NCBI GenBank assembly: GCA_002189035.1
Contig: CM007991.1
Span: 3,596,001 to 3,660,000, forward strand
DNA length: 64,000 nt
Source: Utricularia gibba
Taxonomy: Eukaryota > Plantae > Magnoliophyta
Reading direction: 5' to 3'
Shown one piece after another: positions 25,873-38,028 of the stretch; the stretch's first letter is position 1; the number at the start of each line of letters is the position of its first letter. The notes below the pieces were generated by a model. That model made no database searches and was not told where the DNA came from. It saw only the letters and a list, made by a program, of their open reading frames with translations. A program made the translations under genes and the position numbers.

Positions 25873-28800
25873 TCACACAACTTTCTCAAAGAGGACTCGA
25901 GCAACATGAAAATCGATGGTCGCCGGGCTAAAGTAAGCCTTATAGTAAAAAGCCTTAGCCACCATAAGAAAATTCTGCTTCACCTGCAGGCTCAGACCGT
26001 CCCTGGTTCCAGTGAGCACAAGCTCCGCCAGCCTCTGCATCCCCAGTTCGATCTCCGGTGTCATCTTCCCCCCCGCCCCGCCGTTGATCATCTTTTCCCG
26101 CTGAATCTCATGGCACACAGCCCTGGTAGCTTCCATCAGGTGCTGGTACTTGGGGTGAGCCTCCTCCCCCACCAACCATCCGGTCAAGTTCACCGTCCGG
26201 ACGAACAGCTCCGCGTCCCCCCGCCCTCCCTCCGCCCACGTCCTCAGCCATCCCACCCACTGCAGGCATTCTCCTTTTACAACAGATGTATTATTTTGCA
26301 AGGGAAGCACAAGAGCAAGAAAACCAACCGCCTGATGCAGCTTCTGGCGCACGTCGAGGCCTCGAGACAAGAGAGCGTCCAACGCCAACTGGTTCACCGC
26401 CCTCAGCAGCGTCCCCACCATCCCCGCCTTCACTCCATACCCTTGATGGGTCGCCGCAGCCTGGAACTCCTCCAGGAAAACCCGCTTCTGGTCTCCCAGG
26501 TGGACGGCGGAGCACAGGGCGTCGACCAACATCGCCGTTTTGGCCCAGGCGAGGCGCGGCACCCGTCTCTCGGGCTCGAAGATGCAGGCCGCGGCGGTGA
26601 AATACCCCAACAGAAGGGTTCTTTTGCTCGGGCCGGCTACCAGATCGCAGGCCTCGTACCATCTGCAACACATTGTAATAAGGAAACAAGAATTATAGGA
26701 ATTGTTTTTATGGGAATCATTCAGACAGACAGACAGACTGACTGACTTCAGGATGCTGTTCCACTCTTGCTGGTGCAACGCCTGACAGTGGTTGTAGTCC
26801 AGTTTCGCCAGCTCTAGATAAGCGCTGTTGTTCACGTGCGGCATTCTGCGTTTTTTTTTTTTTTTTGAAAAAATGGTTAAAGACAGAGAAAAAGTAAACA
26901 ATTATTACACAAGAAAACCTACCTGTAGAGGGTTTTGCCGATCCAGACGTCGTCGTCTCCGCCGTACTGCTCCAAGTAAAATCGCGCTTCGAGACGAGGA
27001 AGATTCGCGTGCCACGGCACCTCCAACGCATACCCTACCTGCAAAACGCCGCCCTTCTTTGACTCCTTTCACCGGAGAGAATCTCACCATTTTTTTTTCC
27101 TTATTTGGTATTAAGAAAGGTTTTTCTTGTTATTATTTAAATTTAAAAGGGAAAATGCGTGGGGCCCAGATGTCCTTATCCTGTAGTTTTTTTTTTTATT
27201 CATGGTGAGAAAAGCTGACCTCGCCGGGGAGGTCTTTGGTGATGATCCACTTGTCGACGAGGGCATTGCGAGCCCTTTTCTTCCTCAGGAAGTCGCCTGA
27301 GAAAGTGGCCGCCGCCGCGAGAATTTCCTCTCCGGGAACATCACCTGCGCCGCCCTGTACAAGTTGTACATCCCCGTGACCGCCTGAGTCGACTGCCCTG
27401 CGAAGCAGACGAACTCCCCCCTCCTCTCGAACTGCCGCAGCACCCCTGCCATCATCCATCATCCAGTTCAGTTCGCAGGCCTGTAACTCATTTTCAAAAA
27501 TTTCTTTTATTTTTTTGTTGGGTTGTGGATAATTCCGCACCTGATGAGACGGTGTAGCCATGCAACCTGAGCAGCCTGAACCCCATAGACGTGTCGTCGA
27601 TGTCCTGCACCTCCGAGTTTCTCGCCCAGCAGATTCCCTTCTCCGTCCAATACCTTCAATCAGTTCTCATTAAACTTTTCAAACATCAGATTGGATCGAT
27701 ACTTGATGTATTCCAAATGGGATTTAGGAAAAAGAGACAACCCAAGTCCCGAGAAGCATTTGGAAAGGATACCTGTGCAGGTACTGGATGCATGCATCAA
27801 TCTCCGTCTGAAAGTAACGGGAAATCCCCAGCCTCTGCAGCCTGTCCACAGCCCAGATCCGCTCGAACAGGTCCACCGGGTAAACATTAGGAACTGTGGA
27901 GAAAAAAAAACCGATGATTCTGCCATCAAGACCACAAATTCAACTTTAATTCACTGTAGGCTTCACGGTGGGACCGGACCTCCACCGTGAAACCGCCGCA
28001 CAATGTCGTCAAGATACTCGAGGCAGCGGCGGTGGCGCGTGTGATGGAACGCGAAGGCGGTGGATGAGGGAGAGAAAAGGAACGAGCCGTCGGATGACTG
28101 TAGCTTCAATAGGTTCTCCCATTTCAGCCCTTCTGTCGGCATTCCTTCCAAGCTGTGGAGGAGAGTCGTCGGAACACTGTGCATGACATCTCGTGGTATT
28201 CTGTGGGGAATATTAAAATATATAAATGAATTAAAACTAATGTTTATATTTATATTAAATTATTAACATTGTTCCGTACCTCGTGAGCTTGACGTCACGT
28301 TTGGCGTAAATCCGGCGAAGCGCGAGGGAATCGTCGGGAAGTGCGATGTCGAGAAGTCGCGCCTTCTGCAGCAACGACGGGAAGGCGACTTCGAATCCGA
28401 TGGGCATTTGCTCCTCTCTTTCGTCCTCTAGTTTCTGGATGTTTTCTCTGATGAACCGAACGCCTCTGTCGCGCTTATCGGAGTGGACGTTCCACGTAGC
28501 GAGGGCAATCACGCAGGCCAGAGTGTTGAGAATCCGGTCGTAGAGGGAGAAGATGTCGCGGTCACCCCAGGAGCCGTCCCAGAGCTGGTTCCCGGAAATC
28601 CAGTCCAAGCAGGAAGGGAACTGTGGGCGGCGCTGCCCGCTGCTGACGTCTTCCACCATGGCGACGTAGGCGGTGTCGTACGGCGACGCCGAGATGTCGC
28701 CGTCGTCGATGGAGCGGAGGATAGCGCATACTTTCTCCACCAGGGCGGCGATCTTATCCGGACACTGTTGCTGTTGGAGATGATTTGACGGCAAGGCGAA

Positions 28801-29476
28801 CAAAAGAGATCAAGAAACCAGACTCGGACAAAGCAAACAGAATTAGTGCTCACCTTGATATCTTCTTTTTCTTCGTCATCCTCCAATACGTCCTCCTCCC
28901 ACTTTATCAATCTCAATCCCAACTCTGCGTTTGCTGCAAAAAAAAAAAGAAAAAAATTCCCTCTTTATCAGCAAAAGAATCATGTTATCTGAACCAAATC
29001 GGTATCGGTTCCCAACACCCTCAAAAGTTGGGATTGTCGGAGGCCAATTTCAGCCGAGTGAAGTGAACGAGCAGTTCTGCATCAAACCCGATTCCGAATC
29101 CGAATCCGAATCCAGGCTCTTTACCTTGGGTTGTACGGGGACCGGAAACGGCATTACATCGAAGAGAGATCTCCGGCTTCGCCGAGTAAGTTTTAACTGT
29201 GCTTTGTCCTGGAAACACACGATTCCACAGAGCGGGTGAGGGGGAGGTTCACAGAGGGGTGAAGAAAGACAAGGGAAAGAACAAAATTTTAACGCATACT
29301 TCAAAACTATATGCCCCTGTCACCAGGACCAAATAGTAATGAAAACGACTACACTAGTTTTTAAAGCTAAAAAAAAAAAGCAGAGAAATTCAGATTCACC
29401 GCCGGTGAAAACAGGAGTGGAATTGGGTATGGTGGAACGGGCGCCGTGGCCGGCGGAGAGACGGAGGATGGACATC
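25873..29476 (-). CDS. CPS: Class II diterpene synthase, ent-copalyl diphosphate synthase type (TPS-c), 12 exons; one -1 frameshift in exon 8 as assembled
   Basis: [41 protein letters not shown], catalytic DIDD (about 27595-27606), [11 protein letters not shown]. No DDxxD class I motif seen. The frame breaks at ATG TTC CCG GAG AGG (27330-27340), where MFPGEEIL is expected. Confidence 0.95.
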
Positions 29477-32400
29477 ACCGGAGTCGCTGAAAATGGAAAA
29501 CAGGTCACCACAGGAAGCCGATAATTGTGTCAGGAAGAGGAGAAAGGGTGGCAAGTGGAAGAATGGGAGACAAGTGAGACTTGTGAAAGGGGGTTTTAAA
29601 GAGTTGGGAGAAGGAACAAGGAAATGGTGACAAAAACGTTGGAGATTCTGAGGAGCGCAGTGCATGGGACGACCATCCACAGCACAGAGAAGTTCTCCTC
29701 CACCTCCTCCTCCTCCTCCCCTGCTGCTCACCATTTTCACGCTTCATCATATTTAATGTAAAGCATCTTATCCTCCTCCTACTTTGTACTGTTCCAAATC
29801 CCTTTTCGCTGCTCGTATTCCTCCGTACCTTGTACACCCCACCAGGCGCCGATACGCGTACCGCAGGCCGTCTTTCCGACGTGCCCTAGTTTTGGACGAT
29901 GCGCATGAAACGGGGAACTCCAGCGATGCGTCGTCGAATATTTCACGACAGTCGCCATTATGCGGATGCTCCCCCTTTCAATAACCTGCTTTTCCTCTCT
30001 CCGTATTAGTTACATAAGTACAAAAGTATTTAAAAATTGTTTATTTAATTACTTTAATATTCCAATTTAATAAATATTTATTTATTTTATAACATCAAAC
30101 ACTCCAAATCATATACAATGTTCTTAAAAATATAAAAATATATTGAAAACACACATTAACCCACAATTTTCAAAACATAGGGAATCAAAAAAATAGGAAA
30201 AGCAAATGGTACGGACTAGGATTGTTCGTTGGGTCGGATTTGATTTGGAATGAAAAGAATCCGAACCCGATTAAAGATATCTGTAATTAATTCCAACCCA
30301 AAATAGAAATTTTCCCATTTTTATTTTAAAATAATATATTATCAATTTCTTATTCAACGGTTATCAAATAGTTTTGACTCTAATTCGTCATAAAACATAC
30401 AAAAACATTTTCATCATATGCGACTATGGACACTCACTCAATCTTCATGGTTTTACGTTTTTCGTATTGGATGGTTTTTCAGCTTATACATTATCACGGT
30501 TTACAAAACACGGATCCATTTGATCCATGAATACGAAAAGGGAGTAGGATTAATTTACTTAGGAACCGACCCACGAGCACCATTCGCAAGTAAACGACTA
30601 AACATGCAGGGGACAAGATGAAGAAAGGTCTTGGTTTAGTTTAGTGTGATAGTACGTTAGTGGGATTGGGGGGCATTTCAGGGATTACACTTTTATTTAC
30701 ATGCATGCGACAAATATTAAATGTTTCTTTTAGGAGAAAAAGTAATCGTTTTATGTTATTTTCACGGGAAAGTTCGCTACTGGGTCCCCCATTTGTGAGA
30801 AGCGACACGTTCATTTTATTCACTTTGGGTATAATAAACCAGAAAGGGAGTAAAGAAAAATCACTCATTGATTTAATATATATATATATTGAAGTAAAGT
30901 GACCTGCATTAGATGATAATATAGTTATTTGTAATCATGTATGAAAATTTTTTTCGAAAGTAAATAACATAAAATCATAAAATTGGATATTGAAAGCTGA
31001 TAATATGATACAAAATGAGTGTATATACTGACATAATTTGTAATAATAAAGTATAAAAGTTTGTTTGGATCATCTTCTGCTTTTAGAAAATACAAAAAAA
31101 AAAAAGAATTTTTAACAAATATGATTGATTTGTATACCAACCAAATATGATTTAATGCTCAAAAATCAATTTTGAAGTGTTTTTAAAAAGTATAATGGAA
31201 CATAACTTAAAGTGAACCCTTTAGTTACTTGTCCATGTAGTGATAGATTGTTGTTAGAGGTGGTATTCGCCCGGTCCGATCTCCTAAAACAGGAAAGACG
31301 ACAATATTGATTTTGAAAATTAGGAAAAAGGTGATTGGACAAGGCAGGGAGCGAGGATTCAGGGTCTAATCGCGGTCGTGTCGTGTCGATCTGGTGCAGT
31401 GGCACACACAGCACAATGGACAACTCTCCTCAAAATGGATTGCAAAATCTTCTGGGGCCCTGCCCATTCCACAACCAGCACCAACATTCTGTGATGGAGC
31501 ATGGACCCGTGGACCAGACCAGCCAGCCATGGCTTCCACCTTTTTCCAGGGAAAAAAAAGCTGGTGATGTGAAGTGAACCCGGTTCAGTCTTCTCTTCCG
31601 AGCCGGCCAGGGCAGACCAGCGATCCCCCACTTCCTTCCTTCATTACTAGTTGTGTTGTATTGGTGATGATGAATGTATTCTGGGAAACGTGTCTGAAAT
31701 GAACAAGATCTTCTGGTTCTGCTCTGCCCATCAAGTGCAGGGTTTTAATGATTAGGGTTCCTTGTCGGGTTTGATCTGATTGATGGGTTCCACTACCCAC
31801 ACCCACACCACAGTGGAGAGGAGTGGAGACTTGGCGTGATTGATTTCATGCTCATCCCTATCACCAGTTCCTGGAACTGGAGCAGATGTTATCACATCGT
31901 AACACACTTTGTCCTCCAACTTTCAAAGCAGGTGTCATTTCGGAGGGACTGCAAATAGGGGATGAGTTTTAATTTTATATATATAATGATCACTTTTTTA
32001 AACACAATGTGTGACATATTGTTAAAATTACCAGGAATTCATCAAAAGTTGCATACAAAATCGATCACTTAGATCATTGTTGTCTACATAGGAAAATGAG
32101 ATTATTCTTCAAAATTATAATATAATCTACATTACTATTACTGTTGCTATTATTTATAGCATAGTGGGGGGTAGCCATTTGGACAAGTCCACGTGGACAA
32201 ACAAGCCTACTTTAGACATTGTTAAAAGAATCACATGGTCAGTGATACAAGAGGTATTTCAGGCTACAACCCCTAATAAGATTTAATCACCAGATTTGAA
32301 AAAACTTAACAGTACCATAAATCTTGTACTCATTTTAGGTATCTATAATTTTTTTATTATAAAAAAATATATTTAATAATAAAAAACAATAAATAGTATA

Positions 32401-32627
32401 GTATTTCCTTAATTCGCGTTTCTTCCAATTACTTATGTAAGAAAACTTTTCAATGGAGGATGGCAAAATCTCGTATTTTAGGGTCGATTTCAGATTTTAG
32501 GGTTATGTGATTAAAAGAAATTTAAGACACGATGATTTGCTTGAAAGAGCAGAGTTCGATCCTTAATCTAATGGTGGGCACTTCCTTTGAGATGTTTTTG
32601 TGGCCAAAGATTTGGTTGAATAACCGT

Positions 32628-32930
32628 TTATTGAATATCAGGTGAAAATATGATGCTATGTATAATTTGGATATGTAAAATATAGTTTACATATATTTTA
32701 ATTACTTGGTCGAAATAGAGGCGATATATTTCGTCATTTGGATCTCTAACATAACCAAATGTTGCATCATCTACATGGAAGTCCACCCAATGGTGTGGAA
32801 ATATGAATGACAAAGACGAGGATTAAGGCTTTGGGTGTCAGCACTAACGATGGTGCGATTCTTTTAATAATGTCTAAAGGAGGTTCCCTCACGTGGCCTT
32901 GTCCAATTCCCCTGTATGAAAAAATAGAGG
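32628..32930 (-). mobile_element. Possible decayed LINE RNase-H-like fragment
   Basis: Short translations WTRPREG and HWVDFHVDDATFGYVRDPND loosely resemble the W-x-K-x-N-x-DGA...VRD motifs of plant non-LTR RNase H. Resemblance only. Confidence 0.25.
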
Positions 32931-33631
32931 GCTAGAAATGTGCTTGTGCACTCAGGAGAGAAACTGATCAATTCTTCACCACACATTGTTTTAGGCATTA
33001 CATTTAAATAAGTAAAAAAAAAAATAGTAATCATGGTGAATATCCTCAAAATACTAAAAAGCAGCATATTTCCTTACTGATAGTAGCAAATTTTGAAAAG
33101 TAGCTACTGTTAAAACATTGTATGAGAAAATTACTTATTGTATATTTAATTCTTTATGCTTAGTATATGAGAAAGAAATCAAGAGCGGGATTATCAATTG
33201 TTGGAGATGATCACATTTACATGCATGTACATGTATCCTTTCATGTATTGTAATAATTTCTCTAATGTATTAAACCACATCATGTTTGAGTTTGGATAAT
33301 TTAGATTATACGGTGACTTTGACACTCTCATTTAGACACATCAACCATTTTATCTCCTATTTCCTTATCACTCTATATTCCTAACTAATTACTCTTCCAA
33401 TGGTCGTTTTCAACATTCCCATCCCTCGGATGTTTTTAAAAGTCAATTCTAAATTTATTAATGTGGACTATTTTATAATTATTTAAATCATATTTAGAAT
33501 TTTTTTAATCAAAAATACAAAAATTATAGGTTTGAATTGAATTCGATCTAGTTTCGAATTCAAATCATTATTTATAAACATATTGTCATTGAAAAAAAAA
33601 ACTCCATTTTATTGGATTAAGAGAACACTAC

Positions 33632-33975
33632 ATAGGGATGAGGAAAATTATGAATCGGTTGGATTTTGGTTAGTAAATTTGGTATAAATCGGCTATCGAT
33701 TAGTTCAGTTATTTATCGAATTAATTATTTTTTTAGATAATTGGACAACTTTTATCTACTTTTTTATAATTTAATTTCAGTTATCAGTTTATACATTTAT
33801 TCGATTATCAATTCGGTTTAATTTTGTTTCGGTTAACCCCAATAATGAACTCTGGTTAAATAATTTTTTGAAAATCGATTCATTCAATTAACCCCAAATG
33901 GAACCGATTTAATTAGATTTGGTTTTAAGTATTAGTTTATACATTTATTCGATTATTGGTTCACTTTTTTATTTT
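33632..33975. mobile_element. Possible decayed hAT-like non-autonomous element
   Basis: Begins TAGGGATG, carries many CGGTT/TCGATT motifs and an internal duplication GTTTATACATTTATTCGATTAT (about 33787 and 33934). No matching right TIR found. Confidence 0.3.
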
Positions 33976-34214
33976 TTTATAGGTATTATTCGACCTACCG
34001 TGCAATAAAAGTTTGGTCGACGAGAACTTCGAATTATACCACGTGGATGGGCGAGATTAAATGTAAAAAAAACAAATAAATAACTAAAAATGTTTGGCCG
34101 TTGGATAAATAAGAACGTTGGCGGCTGGTCTAATTTAAAGCAGAGGCTGAAACTAGCCGTTACAGAACTTAGGTCTTCTGTGTCCGGCAGCTGAGCACAC
34201 AAAAAAAATCTCCG

Positions 34215-35531
34215 ATGGCTACTCCGTCACCGTCTTCTCTCGTGAAGGTGGGTCTTGGATTTCTCCATTTTATTAAAGTTAAAAGGTGAGTAATCGACGA
34301 TGTTTGTTGCAGGGATGCTCGAGATATCTGGGCTCTTGTTGTTCTTCTCCTGAGTTCAGTCCTTCCTCCGATCAGCGGTTCTGGAGCAATCTCGGCCGCC
34401 GGGTTGATGCTCTACAGGAGAATAGAAAGCCTTCCGATGAGCCCTTGGTGATGCCAACGGTGATTAATTTGTTGTCTTCACTCGTAATTTTGGGAATTTA
34501 GGGGTGATTTTTGTGCATTACGGTTTTTTCCAGAATGTTGAAGCTGCACATCGAACTAAGAGACTGAAGGAGGATTCCTTGCTTCTCATCAGAGGGTTTG
34601 ATTCGGTAGCTCAGACTCTGTCTCAGCTTTCCAGCAGTCTCGACAATGCCCTTCAGGTGAATTGATTAGGGCTCAAGCATTCACAGTGCGAAGCTCCATC
34701 TTTGACATTCTCATTGTTTGTGTTCTCAGGGAGCTGAGAAGCTAGCCAAGCCACCCAGCTTAAGAGAAATAGCTCGAGCTGCCTTTGAGAAGGCAGAAGA
34801 AGCTGAAGAGAATCCTGTTCATGATGCATTGAGCAATCCCAAAAACAGGGAAGATGGAAAACAGGGGCAGGAAAGGATAACGAAGAGGAAGTTGGATTCG
34901 CAGGAAATTGACGATAACCGAGAAGATTCTAAGGAAGTCGACAGATTCAAGAGAGTGAAAAATGTAAGAACCACCTTTCCGAGCACCTCTCCTTAGCTTT
35001 CTGTCTTCTGTAATCTAACACTGGGGAATATGTGCTTGCTTCTCTGTACATGAAGCTGGCGATTTCAATGGCAGCCAAAGCAGCAACACTGTCAAGAGAA
35101 CTGAAGTCGATCAAATCAGACTTGGGTTTTGAGCGAGAGCGATGTGCCTTGCTGGAGGAAGAGAACAACACTCTCCGGCTCGGATTACTATCGAGAAGGC
35201 AGTTTCCCCGGAGGAAGATGATCTGGTAAGGCTCCAGTTGGAAGCTCTTCTAGCCGAAAAGTCGAGACTAGCGAACGAGAACGCGAATTTGCTTAGGGAA
35301 AACAGATGTCTGCACCAACTGGTGGAGTACCACCAGCTAACATCACATGATGTCTCAGCTTCTTACGAGAATCTGGTGAGGGGGATGTGCCTGGACTTCG
35401 ATTCTCCGCCACAAACAGATCACGGAAGCAGCAGTGCAGATACCAAGACTCCTCCTCCTCCTCAGGTGGATGATGTCTTGGGATTCAACAGATCACTGAA
35501 CCAGTGCTTTGATGATGAAGAGAAGCAGTAA
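34215..35531 (+). CDS. Uncharacterised coiled-coil protein (At4g02800-like); one -1 frameshift as assembled
   Basis: SDQRFWSNL, EDSLLLIRGFDSVAQTLSQLSSSLDNALQG, LAISMAAKA...RELKSIKSDL, EEDDLVRLQLEALLAEKSRLANENANL..VEYHQLT. The frame breaks at about 35185. Confidence 0.88.
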
Positions 35532-37299
35532 ATTATGGCTGTCTGAAATTCACCAAAATCTGCACCTCGCTCATCCACTTGTTTTCACAGTTGTGTTTGG
35601 TAGTTATTATAGTTAAAGTGGAATTATTAATTAAAATCTAGTATTATGTTTAATATAAACCTTATTAAAATTATTAATAAAATCGTTTACTCAAAAAGAT
35701 TGAATTAAAAGAAGAGGAACATGTGGGCCTACTGGGCTTCAGCCCAAAAATATCAATTTGATGTTGTGGGAGGTACGGATTAGCATTGATTTGTAGTTGA
35801 AATAATATATAATATACAATGTAAATTCAAAGATCAAAATTGGTTATTTCAGATTTTTTAAAAGAATGGAAATGTGAAAAATAAGAAAAAAAAAGGACAA
35901 ACATTAGAGTAAGATCAATGAAAATACAAGGTTTGGATTCTAGACATATGTCTATGTTTAACCTGCATCATATGTGTATGTAAATCTTAAGTTCGATTTA
36001 AATTTTAATGATATTATAATAAAATATTAATATTCATGCTACCTATATAGCATCTTATCTCAAGTCACATGATATAATAGATTATTAATCTTATATTTCT
36101 TAATTCACATGATATAATCTATTAGGCTTGGATGAAATTTCCATATTTTTCTTTATGTTGAACAAATTTTCAGGTCCCAAGCTTGTTGGGTTTATATGCA
36201 TGTCCAATTTCATGTAGTTCATAGTCCACATTTTTTTAATCTTAATCTATCTTCAAATTGATTAAAAATATATTAAAAATCTGAGTTCTTTAAAAAAATA
36301 CAAATTAATTTAAAACATGTAAAATCAATATAATGTAATAAGAAATTGAGGCATAAATTAAGTAATGATAATTAAAAAAAATTAAATTAAAATTAATTTT
36401 TCTGATACATTTTTTTATTTTACTATAAACATACATTTATCCTACATGTCATATCTCATTAAATTTATCTTGATATCGTAGATAAATTTATATCAAGATA
36501 ATACATATCGATATAAATTTAGGTGGTTACCAAACATGTCTTAAGATAAAAAAAAATAAATAAAGTCAAGTTTTATGCCCATATATTCTACCACACATTA
36601 AGATAAAAAAATATGTTATGAGTGAAGTCAAGTTTTATGATCAGATTTGTAAATGCTATATATATATGATGAGTCATTTATAAATCTGGCTACTTGTATA
36701 CTCTTTCATACATATTAAGATACAAAAAAATACATTGTAAATGATCAGATTACGTACACATATCATGTTTTATGGTTAGTTTTCTAAATGGTGCTAACTG
36801 CTAATGTTGTTGATCCTGATCCGAGGTGGAATCCATCATTTCTCGTTTGGTTTTAGTTATGAACTAAAATGAAAAGAATAATGAATGCCAATTACACAAA
36901 TGATTTGTGTAGTACGGGTGCGAGAATGATTGTAAGAGAAAAAAGAGGCTTGAAATATTAAAAAAACAAAAAGTAATGGACAGTAACCGCCCGATAAACA
37001 AGTGTGGAGAAGGTGGGTGGGGCGGAGCTCGGAGCAAAGCACCGACGGCGGCAGCAGAAATTCATAAAATAAGCGGGCACTGGGCGTCGATGGGTAAACT
37101 TGGTGTGGTGATTGATAATGGAACCAAATGAAATTAGGAAATGAAGGGTTTTTGTGGATGTGGGTTGACTTTTGTTGTCCAAAGTTAGGTATTTCCATGC
37201 ATCGGGGAGGCATGAGGTTTAAGCCTATAAAGTCAGTGATTCCCATCTCTTTCGTTGCAACCAGTTCAAGAGGGAGCGGCGCACATTCCATTTGATGAA

Positions 37300-37754
37300 A
37301 TGCATGCTGTTCATCGTCCATTTGGTGATTCCGGGTCGTTTCTCAGCCTGGAAATGTGTACTGAATTCTTGGGAAGCGAAACGGGGAGCTGGGATTTCGC
37401 TACGGAGCAGAATCCCAGCAGCACAGCAGCTCAGGTGCAGTGGCAGGACAAGAAGAAGAGGACGAGTAAAAGGTGCGAGTTCAGCTGCCTTCCACCGCCT
37501 CTGAGTTCCAAGGGGCTCCTGCATGTCGAATCGTACCGCGAACCAGGCCGCCACGTGATTACAGCTTCTAAGGTCTCTCCTGTGGGAACATGCCTTCATG
37601 TCGAGCGCGGCAATGGGCGTCTCCGTCTTTCTATTGTATCCCGGTAGCAGAAGAAGAAGCTGAAACAGAAGAGAACGAGAAGAGAGCCGGAGAGGAAGAA
37701 CGAGGATCGGAGTGGCGTAGAGTGGCCTGGCGGGATGCCACTCGAAGGAGTTGA
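37300..37754 (+). CDS. FAF: FANTASTIC FOUR (FAF) family protein; short N-terminus, and a -1 frameshift separates the FAF domain from its acidic tail
   Basis: SLEMCTEFLGSETGS, CLPPPL, HVERGNGRLRL. As assembled it stops at 37647. The shifted frame continues YCIPVAEEEAETEENEKRAGEEERGSEWRR to TGA at 37752-54. Confidence 0.8.
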
Positions 37755-38028
37755 CTACCAATTTCCCTTTGTGGTGGGAGACCACGACTATTCTGTAACT
37801 TCTTTGTATTGTATTTTATTGTGTCCCGTGCGCATGGTTCGTTGCATTGGCGCTCCTCTGTTTGCTGCTTTCTAATTCCCAGGTGTTATCTTATTCACAA
37901 TACAACGAATGAGAACCCCCATGAAGAACATGGCACCTGCTCCATATTTACGCTTCATGAGGCACAGCAAGATCTATGGAGGAATATATGCACATGGAAC
38001 AGAAAGGTGCCGAGTTCAAGGATTGTGT

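Noticed and set aside
25906-26745. 279-aa plus-strand ORF, and similar antisense ORFs over HULK, F-box, LRR and FRI-like
   Set aside because: Shadow frames of GC-rich or long coding exons with no recognisable motifs.
29784-29984. ALVLDDAHE resembling a Walker B or NB-ARC motif
   Set aside because: Isolated match in a 66-aa ORF with no Walker A or other context; it lies in the CPS upstream region.
32554-32562. tRNA B-box-like GTTCGATCC
   Set aside because: No A box or cloverleaf in the flanks.
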